Source: Octopus vulgaris
Lineage: Eukaryota
Direction of reading: 5' to 3'
Length of the DNA: 64,000 nucleotides
Assembly (NCBI GenBank): GCA_951406725.2
Contig: OX597840.1
Coordinates: forward strand, 19,220,001-19,284,000
A program made the position numbers and the translations under genes. This document shows, piece after piece, positions 11,852 through 25,039 of the stretch. Each line of letters begins with the position of its first letter. The stretch's first letter is position 1. The notes below the pieces were generated by a model that saw nothing but the letters and a program-made list of their open reading frames with translations, did no database searches and was not told where the DNA came from.

Positions 11852-12161
11852 TATGCACATGTGCATATACATACGCACACATATAAATATACATGTATAC
11901 ACAAACACACACACACATATACAATCTATATATATGTATGTATTACGTATGCACGTATATATATATGTGCATATACACATACATATATGTACATACATAT
12001 ATATGGATATAGATATGCACATATGGGTACAGGACGTCACAAAACGTAAACAACATGAAATACGAAAATAAAGTTGGGTATGCAAAGAACGAGAGAAACA
12101 AATGGAAAACAAAACAAGTAACATAAAAATTACCCTTCATCAGTTGTCAGCTGTCCGTCTA

Positions 12162-12250
12162 CGTCAAGGGATCACGTGTCTGTGGAGTACTCAACCACTT
12201 GCACATTAATTTCACGAGCAGCCTGTTCTGTTGATCGAATTAACTGGGAC
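12162..12250 (-). mobile_element. SINE family C fragment
   Basis: CAGGCTGCTCGTGAAATTAATGTGCAAGTGGTTGAGTACTCCACAGAC matches 51025-51100 (+). Confidence 0.75.
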
Positions 12251-12298
12251 ACGCACACACACACATACACACACACACGCGCACATGCGTGTGCGTGT

Positions 12299-12358
<60 letters not shown>

Positions 12359-12521
12359 GCACACGCACATGCGCGTGTGTGTATTTTCAATGTTTGTTCT
12401 AGGTTTAATTTTCTACACAACATATCACTCCCTCACTCCCCCTCTCTCTCTCTCTTCGCCTCAAATGAAGACCATCTCAATATCACTTCACCACCTTTTA
12501 AGCGGTTGATTTCTCAAATAA

Positions 12522-12620
12522 ATCATCATCAGCATCAGCATCATCATCATCATCATCATCGTCATCGTCATCGTCATCGTCATCATCATCATCGTCATCG
12601 TCATCGTCATCGTCATCATC

Positions 12621-12665
<45 letters not shown>

Positions 12666-12731
12666 GTCATCGTCATCGTCATCGTCATCATCATCATCAT
12701 CATCGTCATCGTCATCGTCATCGTCATCATC

Positions 12732-12763
<32 letters not shown>

Positions 12764-12765
12764 CA

Positions 12766-12800
<35 letters not shown>

Positions 12801-12869
12801 AGCATCATCATCATCATCATCATCATCTTCATCATCATCATCATCATCGTCATCGTCATCGTCATCATC

Positions 12870-12920
<51 letters not shown>

Positions 12921-13064
12921 GTCATCGTCATCGTCATCGTCATCATCATCATCATCATCGTCATCGTCATCGTCATCGTCATCAGCATCATCATCATCAT
13001 CATCATCATCTTCATCATCATCATCATCATCATCATCGTCATCGTCATCGTCATCGTCATCATC

Positions 13065-13112
<48 letters not shown>

Positions 13113-13168
13113 GTCATCGTCATCGTCATCATCATCATCATCATCGTCATCGTCGTCGTCGTCGTCAT
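12522..13168. repeat. (CAT)n/(CGTCAT)n microsatellite with higher-order duplication
   Basis: The CAG...CTT...CAC interruption pattern recurs about 184 bp apart (near 12800 and 12984). Confidence 0.95.
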
Positions 13169-13544
13169 TGCCAAGCTGCTTATATTATTTCAGACGTATG
13201 TAATTACTGTTTGAGCTTTCATAAACCGACTTAGGATGATATTACATTTTGTTAAAATAACACCAACCAACCAACCAACCAACCAACCAACCAACCAACA
13301 GAACGTCCCACCTGCCCACCCGCCCGCCAGCCGGCCGGTCGGCCAGCCAGATCCATCTAATATTTCAAGCGATTAACATCACCATCAATGTTTTAAATGT
13401 CAATTTTTCACAATCGAATGAATGGACCTAATCGATAAAGTTGTTCGTTTGATGGTGATTGACTGAACGGAAATTTTATTGATGTCAAACATAAAACAAT
13501 GAGACCAATAATAATGATAATGATGGTGATGATGATGATACTTT

Positions 13545-14130
13545 TAAATTTTGGCACAAGGCCAGCAAGTTCCGGTGAGGGGGTAAGTCGATTACGTCGG
13601 CCCCCCGAGTTTGACTGGTACTTATTTTATCGACCCCGAAAAGATGAAAAGCAAAGTCGGTCTGAGCGTAACTTGAACTCAGAACGTAAAGAGGCGGAAG
13701 AAATAGCTATTTCTTTACTACCCACAAGGGGCTAAACGCAGAGGGGACAAACAAGGACAGACAAACGGATTAAGTCGATTATATCGACCCCAGTGCGTAA
13801 CTGGTACTTATTTAATCGACCCCGAAAGGATGAAAGGCAAAGTCGGTCTGAGCACAATTTGAACTCAGAGCGTGAAGAGGCGGAAGAAATACCTATTTCT
13901 TTACTACCCACAAGGGGCTACACACAGAGGGGACAAACAAGGACAGACAAACGGATTAAGTCGATTACATCGACTCCAGTGCATAACTGGTACTTATTTA
14001 ATCGACCCCGAAAGGATGAAAGGCAAAGTCGACCTCGGCGGAATTTGAACTCAGACCGTAGCGGTAGACGAAATACTGCTAAGCCTTTCGCCCGGCGTGC
14101 TAACTATTCTGCCACCTCACCGCCTTTTAA
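13545..14130 (-). mobile_element. Tandem trimer of SINE family B (period about 187 bp)
   Basis: Junction GAAATA(C/G)CTATTTCTTTACTACCCACAAGGGG at about 13700 and 13887. A single head at about 14130. Further older copies span 14150-14830. Confidence 0.9.
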
Positions 14131-14951
14131 GAAATATCACCAAGCACTTTTTCTGGTGCGCTAACGATTCTGCTGGCTCGCTACCTTAATAATAATAATT
14201 TCAAATGTTGACACATGGCCCACAATTTTGGAGGAGGAGCTAAGTTGATTAACCCGACTTCAGTGCTTAATTGCTGCTTATTTTAGGATGAAAAGCAAAG
14301 TTGAACTCGTCAGCGTTTGAACTCAAAACGTAAAGACAGACGAAATGCTGTTCAGCATTCTGCCCGGCGCGGTAACAAATCTGCCAGCTCACAGCCTTCA
14401 ATAATAATAATAAGAGTTTCAAATACCGGTACAGGGCCGGTAATTTAGAGGGAGGGGCTAAATTGATTACATCGATCCCAATTCTCAATTGGTACTTATT
14501 TAATCGACTCCCGAAAGATGAAAGGCAAAAATCGATCTCAGCGGAATTTGAACTCAAAGCGTATGACATACGAAATGCCGCATTTGAACTCAGAATGTAA
14601 AGACAGACGAAACGCCGCTAAGCATAGTGCTCGGCGTGCTAGCGATTCTGCCAGCTCGTCGGTCTCCATTAATGTAATATTCCTCTCTACTATAGGCACA
14701 AATCCTGAGCATTTGGAGTCGGAGGCGAGACGATTACATCCTCTGCATTGCCTAACTGGTGTTCCTTTTATCGACTCCGAGAGAACGAAAAGCAAAAGTT
14801 TACCTCGGCGGAATTTGAACTCAGAACAAGATACAGACGAAGTAACGCTGAAGACTCTTGCAGCACTGTCTTATATAGTAGTAATTATAATATGCATTCC
14901 AAATATATAGAAATTCCATGTTCAACAGAGCTGAAGGAAGAGAGAAATTAA

Positions 14952-15000
<49 letters not shown>

Positions 15001-15641
15001 GGAAGGAATGATGAAATGAAAGGCAAAATGGCACATCATTTATTGTGTTCAAAGAATGAATCAATAAATAAATAATATAAAAACTGGAATATTCTTCATT
15101 TATTATCAATGACTATTTCGTTTTTCACTGCGAAATGACGTTGAGCATAATAAATAGCTAAGATGCTATATTCGATCAGATAATTTTCGTGAGTGTATGA
15201 CAGATACGGATCAGAGAAAACACATAGCTTCACAGATTTCGGGAAACTATAAAATGTAAATGAGATAAAAATGGAATTAAATCGACAGAAACGATAAGAA
15301 TAATAAAGATTTGGAAAGAAAAATAAAACACAAAAACAAAAAATAAATGTATAAGGAATGTTTGGTTGGTGGATACCGAGGGCGTTTCCTAAAAAAATTG
15401 GTAGAGATATCATCTTAGAATCATAATAAATAAATAAATAAATAAATACATAAATAGATGATAATGAAGAAACGCGGTCTGTGAGGTAAGAAGTTTGCTT
15501 TCCAACCATACGGTTCCGGGTTCATTCGTACTGTATGATACCTTGAGCAAAGGTCTTCTAATATAGCCGTGGGCCGACCAAACCCTTGTGAGTAGATTAG
15601 GCAGAGGGTAACAGAAAGAAGCTCACCATATATCCATATAT

Positions 15642-16055
15642 AGGCGCAGGAGTGGCTGTGTGATAAGTAGCTTGCTTACCAACCACATGGTTCCGAGTTC
15701 ATTCCCACTGCGTGGCACCTTGGGCAAGTGTCTTCTACTATAGCCTCGGGCTGACCAAAGCCTTGTAAGTGGATTTGGTAGACGAAAACTGAAAGAAGCC
15801 CGTCGTATATATGCATATATATATATGTATGTGTGTGTATATGTTTTGTGTCTGTGTTTGCCCCAAAACCACCACCACCAACATCGCTTGACAACCGATG
15901 CTGGTGTGTTTACGTCCCCGTAACTTAGCGGTTCGGCAAAAGAGACTGATAGAATAAGTACTAGGCTTCCAAAGAATAAGTACTGGGGTCGATTTGCTCG
16001 ACCAAAGACGGTGCTCCAGCATGGTCGCAGTCAAATGGCTGAAACAAGTAAAAGA

Positions 16056-16057
<2 letters not shown>
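15642..16057 (+). mobile_element. Full-length SINE family A
   Basis: GGCGCAGGAGTGGCTGTG...GAGTTCATTCCC...CCTTGGGCAAGTG...GAAACAAGTAAAAGAG. An older partial copy at 15473-15630 precedes it. Confidence 0.9.
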
Positions 16058-16115
<58 letters not shown>

Positions 16116-16474
16116 TTTTCAGTAACCTCTCGTTTAAACATGTATGTCCAAGGAGCTTTACACAGTTTCCACCTACCAGATATCCAGTCAAAGTATTAGT
16201 CGACCCGGCACTATGGCAGAAGTCTCTTGCCCAAAGTGCGGCCGTGCAATGGGACTGAAACAAGTAAAAGATAAAATATAAAAGATACCGCAGGCATGGT
16301 TGTGTAGTTAAGAAGCTCACTTTGTAACCCCGTGGTTTTGATTTCAGTCCCATTGCTCAGCCGCACTTTGGGCAAGTGTCTTCTGCCATAGTGCCAGGTC
16401 GACTAATGCTTGACTGGATATCTGGTAGGTGGAAACCGTGTAAAACTCCTTGGGTTGATGTATATATGTTTATA

Positions 16475-16663
16475 CAAGACGGTGCAGAAAAGTTCCAGGC
16501 ATTAAGGGTATCGCAAAAGGCTCAACTTTCCAAGTTCTTTTACAGTTCTTTTAGTGAAGGACCACTACAATAATTGAATCTGAGAGGGGAATATATGTTG
16601 AATAAAATCATTATTAACTGATCCTCCTGTATATTTTTACCCAAAGTCAGGAACTTTTCAACA
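16475..16663 (+). mobile_element. Short mariner deletion derivative (MITE-like)
   Basis: Degenerate TIRs GAAAAGTTCCAGGC / GTCAGGAACTTTTC. Internal AGGGGAATATATGTTGAATAA resembles the mariner C-terminal G.YVE*. Confidence 0.55.
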
Positions 16664-16938
16664 AATATTCATCAAATCTGCCTCAGATCACTGTTATCTA
16701 AAATATTCACTTCCTCTCTCCGCCACTGCCCAACCCCGTGTTGCAATTTTGATTAATATTACTCATTAAGATAATGATAACATTTTTCTTTATATTGATA
16801 TAAAATTAATTAATTTTTGGTTCATTTCGCTAAATCTATATACACCCTCTTTACTTCGCATTTTAATTATTTTCATGCCGCAGGTATTCATGGGTAATTT
16901 CCTAATCATTCTTGCGTGTTACAACCCCTCGCTGAAAT

Positions 16939-17010
<72 letters not shown>

Positions 17011-17021
17011 TGTGTATATAT

Positions 17022-17100
<79 letters not shown>

Positions 17101-17162
17101 TGTATGTATGTATGTATGTATGTATGTATGTGTATATATACATACATATATATATGTATATA

Positions 17163-17192
<30 letters not shown>

Positions 17193-17193
<1 letters not shown>

Positions 17194-17383
17194 GTCAATT
17201 GGTACCCGCGTTAGCGAAAAGACCACCCGGAAGACCTCCACGACGGTGGAGTTGCGATTTCAGGAGGACGATTGGGATCACGTGGATGAGAAAGGCGCGA
17301 TCCAGAGAGGAGTGGACAGCGTGCTGTGACCAGCGGTGTCAAATGGACGCCTGACGGACTGGTCGGTCAAGGTGATCAAGGTG

Positions 17384-17386
<3 letters not shown>
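17193..17386 (+). mobile_element. RTE LINE 3' end inserted in (TA)n
   Basis: WYPR / [33 protein letters not shown] matches the RTE motif KR..GRP..RW.D...W...A..R..W. Tail is (CAAGGTGAT)2. Confidence 0.88.
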
Positions 17387-17416
<30 letters not shown>

Positions 17417-17418
17417 CA

Positions 17419-17516
<98 letters not shown>

Positions 17517-17823
17517 ATAATTTGAGCACCATTTTCATCTACCGGATTGCTCCGGTAGTAACACTCAATGACCACAGCCTTAATTTGTTTGCTCTATCTA
17601 CGCCGTGTGCGGTGGTTCATTTCTGGATATCGACAGGCTGGAGCCGGACCAGAATATCTGATCCTACCGGATGTAACACTGTCACTATCATATGAGGTAG
17701 CGATTATCAGGTTGCGCAGTTACCAGTGTTTTTATTGTGACACCATCACTAGATGTATCATTAATCCGCTCAAAAGGAGGAGGAGGAGGAGGCTCCACCA
17801 GTTTCCTTTCATTATTATTATTA

Positions 17824-17878
<55 letters not shown>

Positions 17879-18075
17879 CACCATCATCATCATCATCATC
17901 ACTGATATCACTAGTATTATTGTTTTTATGTGTAGTAGTAGCAGTAGTTGAGCAACAGCAACAGTAGTAGGGGTAACGGTGGTAGTTGGGCCTCAGATTC
18001 CTGCGCTATCATAACAGTAGTAGTGGTAGTATTATTGTCGTATTAGTAGTATTTAGTATCAGCAGCTGCAGCAAG

Positions 18076-18468
18076 TGGAGGCGCAATGGCCCAGCGGTTA
18101 GGGCAGGGAACTCGCCGTTTCGATTCCCAGACCGGGCGTTGTGTGTATTTATTGAGCAAAAACACCTAAAAGCTCCACGAGGCTCCGGCAGGGCTGGGTG
18201 GGATGGCGACCCCTGTTGTACTCTTTCGCTCCAACTTTTTCTCACTATTTCCTCCTGTTTCTTTTACCTGACTTCCTACGCAACCGCTGAATCTGGATGT
18301 GCATTCATCCATCCGTCGATGCTCTCGATGTCGAGGGTTGACCTGCTTTCTCTTCTGCGGGTCTTACGAACAGCAATGGACCACGTTTCGGACTTCTCCC
18401 ACTACAGAGGCGCGATCTTGCAAGCTCTGGGACGAAGACCAATTCGCTCAACAAACAAACAAACAAAA
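18076..18468 (+). mobile_element. tRNA-derived SINE (third head type) with (CAAA)n tail
   Basis: GGAGGCGCAATGGCCCAGCGGTTAGGGC (A box) and TTCGATTCCC (B box). An internal segment recurs at about 51190-51240 (-). Confidence 0.7.
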
Positions 18469-18879
18469 AAGCAGCTGCAGCATATTATTATTATTATTCT
18501 TTTTTTCATTATCATCATATCTACCTTTATCATTGTAGTTGGGCATCAGATTGGTGAATAGGTCATATTTTACAGGTCTATAGATTCGGCAGATGGTAGA
18601 GACGTCAGCCATAAAGACAAAAGGATCTTCGCGCCCCTTCGCTTCAGCAGAGGTCAAATATGTTTACTACTACCAGTGGCCGCTAACAGCGCTGCCTTGA
18701 AAAGACGCAATTCAACCATAACAAAACTAAAGGACGACGGACTAGAGTCCATCGTCCTTTGGTTTTGTTATGGTTTCGTTTTTACACTCATTGACATGTG
18801 TTGATGTTTCTTTCGTATTCATAATTATTATTGTGTAAGCGAGAGTCCGAGAAGGGACAGCAATGTGAATATATGTATC

Positions 18880-19103
18880 GGCGAGCTGGCAGAAAGGTTA
18901 GCACACCGGGCGAAATGCTTAGCGGCATTTCGTCTGCCGTTACGTTCTGAGTTCAAATTCCACCGAGGTCGACTTTGCCTTTCATCCTTTCGTGGTCGAT
19001 AAATTAAGCACCAGTTACGCACTGGGGTCGATGTAATCGACTTAATCCCTCTGTCTTTCCTTGTTTGTCCCCTCTGTGTTTAGCCCCTTGTGGGTAGTAA
19101 AGT

Positions 19104-19105
<2 letters not shown>
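18880..19105 (+). mobile_element. SINE family B monomer; similar copies at 21000-21232, 26405-26600, 30715-30930 and 38225-38660
   Basis: GGCGAGCTGGCAGAA..GTTAGCAC...GAGTTCAAATTCC...GCCTTTCATCCTTTCG.GGTCGATAAATTAAG.ACCAG. Confidence 0.9.
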
Positions 19106-19157
<52 letters not shown>

Positions 19158-19575
19158 GAAAGAGAGAGTGAGAAAGAGAGAGAGAGAGGTCTTGCATAAG
19201 TATGGATGTATATGTAATTAAAATATTAAATTTGATAGACTACTCACAAATTTGCAGTTTTCGTATTGCAATATTGCAATCCATGTGTTTACATTTTCAC
19301 TCACGTGTTGTTGTGGCGGCGTATCTGAGGGAAGTTATTATTTTTTTTGTATATATATATATATATACTCCAGTTTCCTGAGATGGCTTACATTAGAACA
19401 TAGTTTCCTTTCATTTTTTCTTGTGGATTCTTAATTTCTTCTTCTTCTTCTTCTTCTTCTTCTTCTTCTTCTTCTTCTTCTTCTTCTTCTTCTTCTTCTT
19501 CTTCTTCTTCTTCTTCTTCTTCTTCTTCTTCATCTTCTTCTTCTTCTTCTTCTTTTTCTTCTTCTTCTTCTTCTT

Positions 19576-19653
<78 letters not shown>

Positions 19654-19856
19654 GCATATTCTCCAGTTATTCTAAAGGTATTAGTTAGGTTCTGCTTTAC
19701 CGAGGGGTTGCACTAACACTAAAACATAACCGAATTTGTCACAGCGTTGCTAATAATCACACACAAAGCCGATTGCATATTTAATTAATGTTGATTAATT
19801 TAAATCCGAGGATTGTCTCCCTGTATTTTCAACTGAATTACTCGATAAGATAATTA

Positions 19857-20262
19857 CTCTCTTTTACACTTTTACTTGTTTCAGTCATTTGACTGTGGCC
19901 ATGCTGGAGCACCGCCTTTAATCGAGCAACTCGACCCCGGGACTTATTCTTTTGTAAGCCCAGCACTTATTCTGTCGGTGTCTTTTGCCGAATCGCTAAG
20001 TAACGGGGACATAAACACGCCAGCATCGGTTGTCAAGCAATGCTAGGGGGACAAACACAGACACACAAACACACACACGCATATATATATACATATATAT
20101 GACGGGCTTCTTTTCAGTTTCTGTCTACCAAATCCACTCACAAGGCTTTGGTTGGCCCGAGGCTATACTAGAAGACACTTGCCCAAGGTGCCACGCAGTG
20201 GGACTGAACCCGGAAACATGTTGGTAAACAAGCTACTTACCACACAGCCACTCCTGCGCCTA
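19857..20262 (-). mobile_element. Full-length SINE family A; further copies at 28835-29370+, 33460-33900+, 42113-42460-, 44660-45015+, 46790-47165-, 53290-54070+ (split), 54150-54360-, 58010-58095- and 59680-60110-
   Basis: The same diagnostic blocks appear in each copy. Confidence 0.9.
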
Positions 20263-20788
20263 TGGTTCGCCTAATTATTGATTTTTAATGCTATAAATAG
20301 CCTTAGGGGCTTTTATTCAAGACGCAGCGTATCCGGAATCACATCATTCAATATGATCACCCGCTTTTAAAACGCTTGAACAATATTTGAGAGTGATCTA
20401 ACTATTATGTTTAGCTAGTCGACGTCTCGCGTTGAGGCTCCTATATCGGATCGTTAAATTTTATATTTGTTCATAAATCGTTCTGACACCATATTGATTG
20501 CATGTACATTTGAATATGCCCAACTTCTACAAATTTCCATGTAACATCTGTTAAGTATTAACATTTAATTTCTTTCAAAAAAATATTACGAGAAACTTAA
20601 TGCTTGCTTTAACGCTACGTCAATATGGCACATTTGCCGAATGGTTAAAATGAATTACGGCTTAAAACAGGACGTTCTGAGATGCATTCTAATGTCAAAG
20701 TGACCTCAATTTGTGAATGAAATTGAGCAGACGGAAACTGTATTGAAGCCCAAAAGATGACCTATACTAGTTATTTGAAAGGTTAGCG

Positions 20789-20824
<36 letters not shown>

Positions 20825-21449
20825 CACGCATGTTCACACGCATATACTAAAGCATACGCACAGTCGCGGCTTGACTCTATTAGAAGATAATATCAAAAGT
20901 ATAAATGGCGGAGGATTATCCAAACATTTGTTCAATGATACAAGTAATACGGAGTTAGTATTACTTGTAATACAGCAAGCTGACAGAATCATTAGCAAAG
21001 GCGTTGAGCTGATAGAATCGTTAGCACGTCGGGCGAAATGCTTAGTGGTATTTCGTCTGGTGCTACGTTCTGAGTTCAAATTCCGCCGAGGTCGACTTTG
21101 CCTTTCATCCTTTCGGGGTCGATTAAATAAGTACCAGTTTCGTACTGGGGTCGATATAATCGACTTAATCCGTTTGTATGTCCTTGTTTGTCCTCTCTGT
21201 GTTTAACCCCTTGTGGGTAATAAAGAAATAGATACAAGTAATACAGCGTTAGAAATGTTTTCATAATCTCCCGCTCTCTCCCCTCTTTCTGCCCATCTCT
21301 CTCCCTTTCTCTCCCTTCCCTCTTTTTCCCTTTTCTTTCCCCATCTCTCTCCCTCTCTCTCCCTTCTCTCTTTTTCCCATCTCTTTCCCTCTCTCTCTCC
21401 CTCTCTCCCCTCCCCTCCTCTCCCCCTCTCCCTCTCTAGGCTCTTAACT

Positions 21450-21635
21450 TTGTAGCTAGGGAATTCGGTTCACTATCGTAAGGTCGTGAGTTCGAAAACC
21501 GGTGACGCGTTATGTCCTTGAGCCAGACACTTTATTTCTCGTTGGTCCACTCCACTCAGCTGGGAAAAACGAATAGTACCTGTAATCCAAAGGGTCAGCC
21601 TTGTCACAATCCTTCTAACGCTGGATCTCCCTGAT
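21450..21635 (+). mobile_element. SINE family C 5' half
   Basis: GTCGTGAGTTCGAAAACCGG B-box, then TGTCCTTGAGCCAGACACTTTATTT. AAAGGGTCAGCCTTGTCACA is the reverse complement of 51145-51165. Confidence 0.7.
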
Positions 21636-22372
21636 CCCGAATGGCCTCCGCAGATAGCTGTGGAGGTCATAACGTTACCCGTGATGATTAGGCTGAAGGG
21701 ACTGAATGAGGAATATCGCTTGTGTCCGGGCGAGGCCGACGCGGCACCCGTTTTGATCTTGAATGAGGCGTGGGTGGTGATGGCGGAGGATGCGGGCACA
21801 AGCGATGTTGAGGAGGAATAATGATAAGAGGTTGAAAAGCCTCAGTGTTATTGAAAGTTCCTAGTTTGGAAAAAAAAAAAAGGTAAGAGGCTTCGTGCCT
21901 CATTTTGTTATTGAATTGTGAACAATATAAGAGGTTTGTTGCCTCATGAACAATATACAAGAGACCAGTGTTCTCGGGAAAAATCGATCGGCAAACGAAA
22001 AATACACCGCCGATAGTTGTTGTTGACAAACAACGGTAGTAATTTTATTCAGCTAAATGCACGTCATTGATTGGTTGAAATTACCGAAATACTACAACTT
22101 TAACGTGAAATAACTTCCTAAATATAAGCTTTTCTCAAAAACGCTAAGAGTAAAAGATGTTTTATATGACACATTCTACCAGTGTCCGAAGTTTGAAAGT
22201 GTTTAGTTACAAAAAATTATTTTTTAAATCTGTCGGTCAAAAGGTAAAGATCCCCTCCATCTTCTGTTACTCAACGACAGTTCTTTTCCTTTGATTTTTC
22301 TGTTACTTTGTTTCTTCGTGTTTAATTGTTATAATTTGATCTAATTATATTTTATTTTATTTTATTTTTCAG

Positions 22373-22601
22373 AAGTAAACATCATCCCATCGAAAAAGTC
22401 AAGAGCATTACGTCACTTGACGTTCTATGGAGACGCATGCGTCAAGCAACGGAAAGTTACCGGATGTTTCATAAGAAAGACGCCATGATTAGTGACGTGA
22501 TGTCAGCGGCACGAGCCGAGGCTTACGAAGCCAATTTGAAAAAAACTAACGAGGAAAAATACAAATTAATGAGGATGCGAGAAAAGTTAAAAGAAGAATG
22601 A
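22373..22601 (+). CDS. Probable terminal coding exon of an unidentified host gene (helical, charged C-terminus)
   Basis: CTAAT branch-like motif at 22341, T-rich tract, TTTCAG acceptor, then 75 complex codons SKHHPIEKVKSITSLDVLWRRMRQATESYRMFHKKDAMISDVMSAARAEAYEANLKKTNEEKYKLMRMREKLKEE and TGA TAA. Not in the ORF track. Confidence 0.6.
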
Positions 22602-22911
22602 TAAACGCTGTCTTCAACACTGGAATTCTGGGAATTCCTGTTAGGAGCCTCCCTCGTAAAATGGCTCCCCTGTCTGTCTGTCTGTCTCTTTCTCTTTCTC
22701 TCTCGCCCTCAATCTATTTATTTCTCCCCCCCCCCCACCTTTCAGCTTCTTTCGCTGTGATTTAACTTCCTAAGGAAGACGAATGACAAACGCTGTGTTC
22801 AAACCTTGAAGTCTGAGAATTCCTATACAGAATATTCTATCTGTTGGCTTTTATGTTGCTCTCTGTCTCTTTCTCACTTTTACTCTTTTTTTACTACCTG
22901 TCTATCTGTCA

Positions 22912-22967
<56 letters not shown>

Positions 22968-23355
22968 CTATCTATCTATCTCTCCTCCTCCTGCTCTTCC
23001 ATGGTGATAAAACTTCACAAGGAAGACAAATTAAGAACACTATCTTTAAATCTCGAATTCTGGGAATTCCAAATCGGTGCCTCTCTAACTGAAGGCTCCA
23101 ACGTTTCTTTCTTTCTTTTTTCTTTCTTTCTTTTTTTCTCTCGTTCTTTCTTCCTTTCTTCCTTCCTTCCTTTCTTTCTTTCTTACTTCCTTTCTTTCTT
23201 TCTTTCTCTCTCTCTCTCTTTCTGTTTCACCTTCCTCTTCAGCTTCATCCATGGTTATTTAACTTCCCAAGAAAGCGGAATATGGTACACTGTCTTCAAA
23301 CTAGGAAATTTTTGAATACCAATACCAATATGGAACTTTTTCTAACAGCTACTTG

Positions 23356-23387
<32 letters not shown>

Positions 23388-23505
23388 ACTTCTCTTCCTC
23401 TTTCAGTCTCTCTTCTCCTTTTTCTTCCAGTTTCTTCTATACTGTATTGATTTCTCAAGAAACAGCAACACCAGCAGCAACAACGTCTTTAAAACTAATT
23501 CCATA
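22585..23505 (+). repeat. Old tandem duplication (4-5 units) starting at the stop codon, units separated by different microsatellites
   Basis: AC(G/A)CT(G/A)T(C/G)TT(C/T)AA...GAA.T.TG.GAAT.CC at about 22605, 22790, 23037 and 23288. Confidence 0.75.
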
Positions 23506-23867
23506 GAACCATAAGAACGGGATGTTTTGAGACTTGGGATTAAAACGGTTCCCCAAATATGATAAATACAATTAATGATTCATAAAACTGAAATATTCAA
23601 TGGCGGTGGTTTGGGTGGGCTCCGTTGGAGCGCGGACGAAATATCTTGCTTTTCGGTGTTTCAGTTTTGGTTCTTTATGCTCCAAATTCAAATCCCGGTA
23701 CACTACACAGAATGGGGATGTGGGTGAAACAAAGCACTAGATATGTACTGAGGTGTAAACGATCCTCAACATACATAAAATATTTGTGGCTTAGTTATAT
23801 ATCAATACATACATACATACATACATACATACATACATACATACATACATACATGTATATATTAATG

Positions 23868-23934
<67 letters not shown>

Positions 23935-24092
23935 ATGTGTGTTTCTATATATATAAATATTCATAAATATATGTCTCTCTCTCTCTACTCTCTGTCTCTC
24001 TCTCTATATATATATATATGTATATGTATACACACACACACACACATATATATAAACACACATCTCTATACACACGCATATATATGCATATA

Positions 24093-24173
<81 letters not shown>

Positions 24174-24375
24174 AATAGCATCAGGGTAATAAAAAATTAT
24201 AGAAATTTTTACTACTAGTGGCCTAGCATACAAAAACATTAGTCTATATATATATAATATATATACAAAAATATAGTCTACATATATATATAAAACATCA
24301 ACATATATCTGAAGCACAGGGTTAATAACTCATAGCCGAAAATATTATTTCGACAATATTTGCGGCGTGACATTG

Positions 24376-24437
<62 letters not shown>

Positions 24438-24539
24438 TCCATCTATATTTTAAGCGATTGTTGTTATTTTTTTCTTATTTTCTAATTACGAAACGCAAAT
24501 AGCTTCCAGCGTTTATGCATTTTATTTTCGTCCCGCCAT

Positions 24540-24582
<43 letters not shown>

Positions 24583-24966
24583 TAATGTTATTTATTTATC
24601 ACTTTATTCATTTATTTCATAGCTTCCATTTCATTTCCCAATTATTGTTAAGAGAAGACAAAACAATAGGATAAGGATTTAAATTCTGCTTAGCAACGTA
24701 GTATTATTGCAAATATAAAAGAAAGAGGAGAAATATCATAATAAGAAAACAAATGTTTTTAAAAAATATTTTTAGATAGGATTGACAATTTCTGAGTTAT
24801 TATTACAGATAAATTGTATTATCTTTACTATTACTTACTTTCAAACTACACCGAGATCAACTTTACCCTTTACTCCGAGGTAGATAAAAGCAATTTCAGT
24901 TAAAAGTACTTGTGTCGAGATTTATCGACTGACCCTTTTTCCTCAAAGCTGCTGGTCTTCTGCCTA

Positions 24967-25035
<69 letters not shown>

Positions 25036-25039
25036 TATT

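Noticed and set aside
12030-12160. CTGATGAAGGG (minus strand) and 47511 CTGAAGACGG as further hammerheads
   Set aside because: Probably Penelope remnants, but the matching GAAA and stems are missing.
12176-13234. 352-aa His/Arg-rich ORF as a metal-binding or beak-type protein
   Set aside because: It begins in a SINE fragment, crosses (CA)n and (TA)n, and the His run is a (CAT)n microsatellite. No signal peptide or splice support.
15642-15715. tRNA genes at the A/B-box motifs
   Set aside because: No complete cloverleaf or T-run terminator; they continue into SINE bodies.
18576-18805. Open frame after TTTTACAG as an exon (similar cases at 7167, 17636 and 48784-49018)
   Set aside because: No convincing donor in a compatible phase and no recognisable protein.
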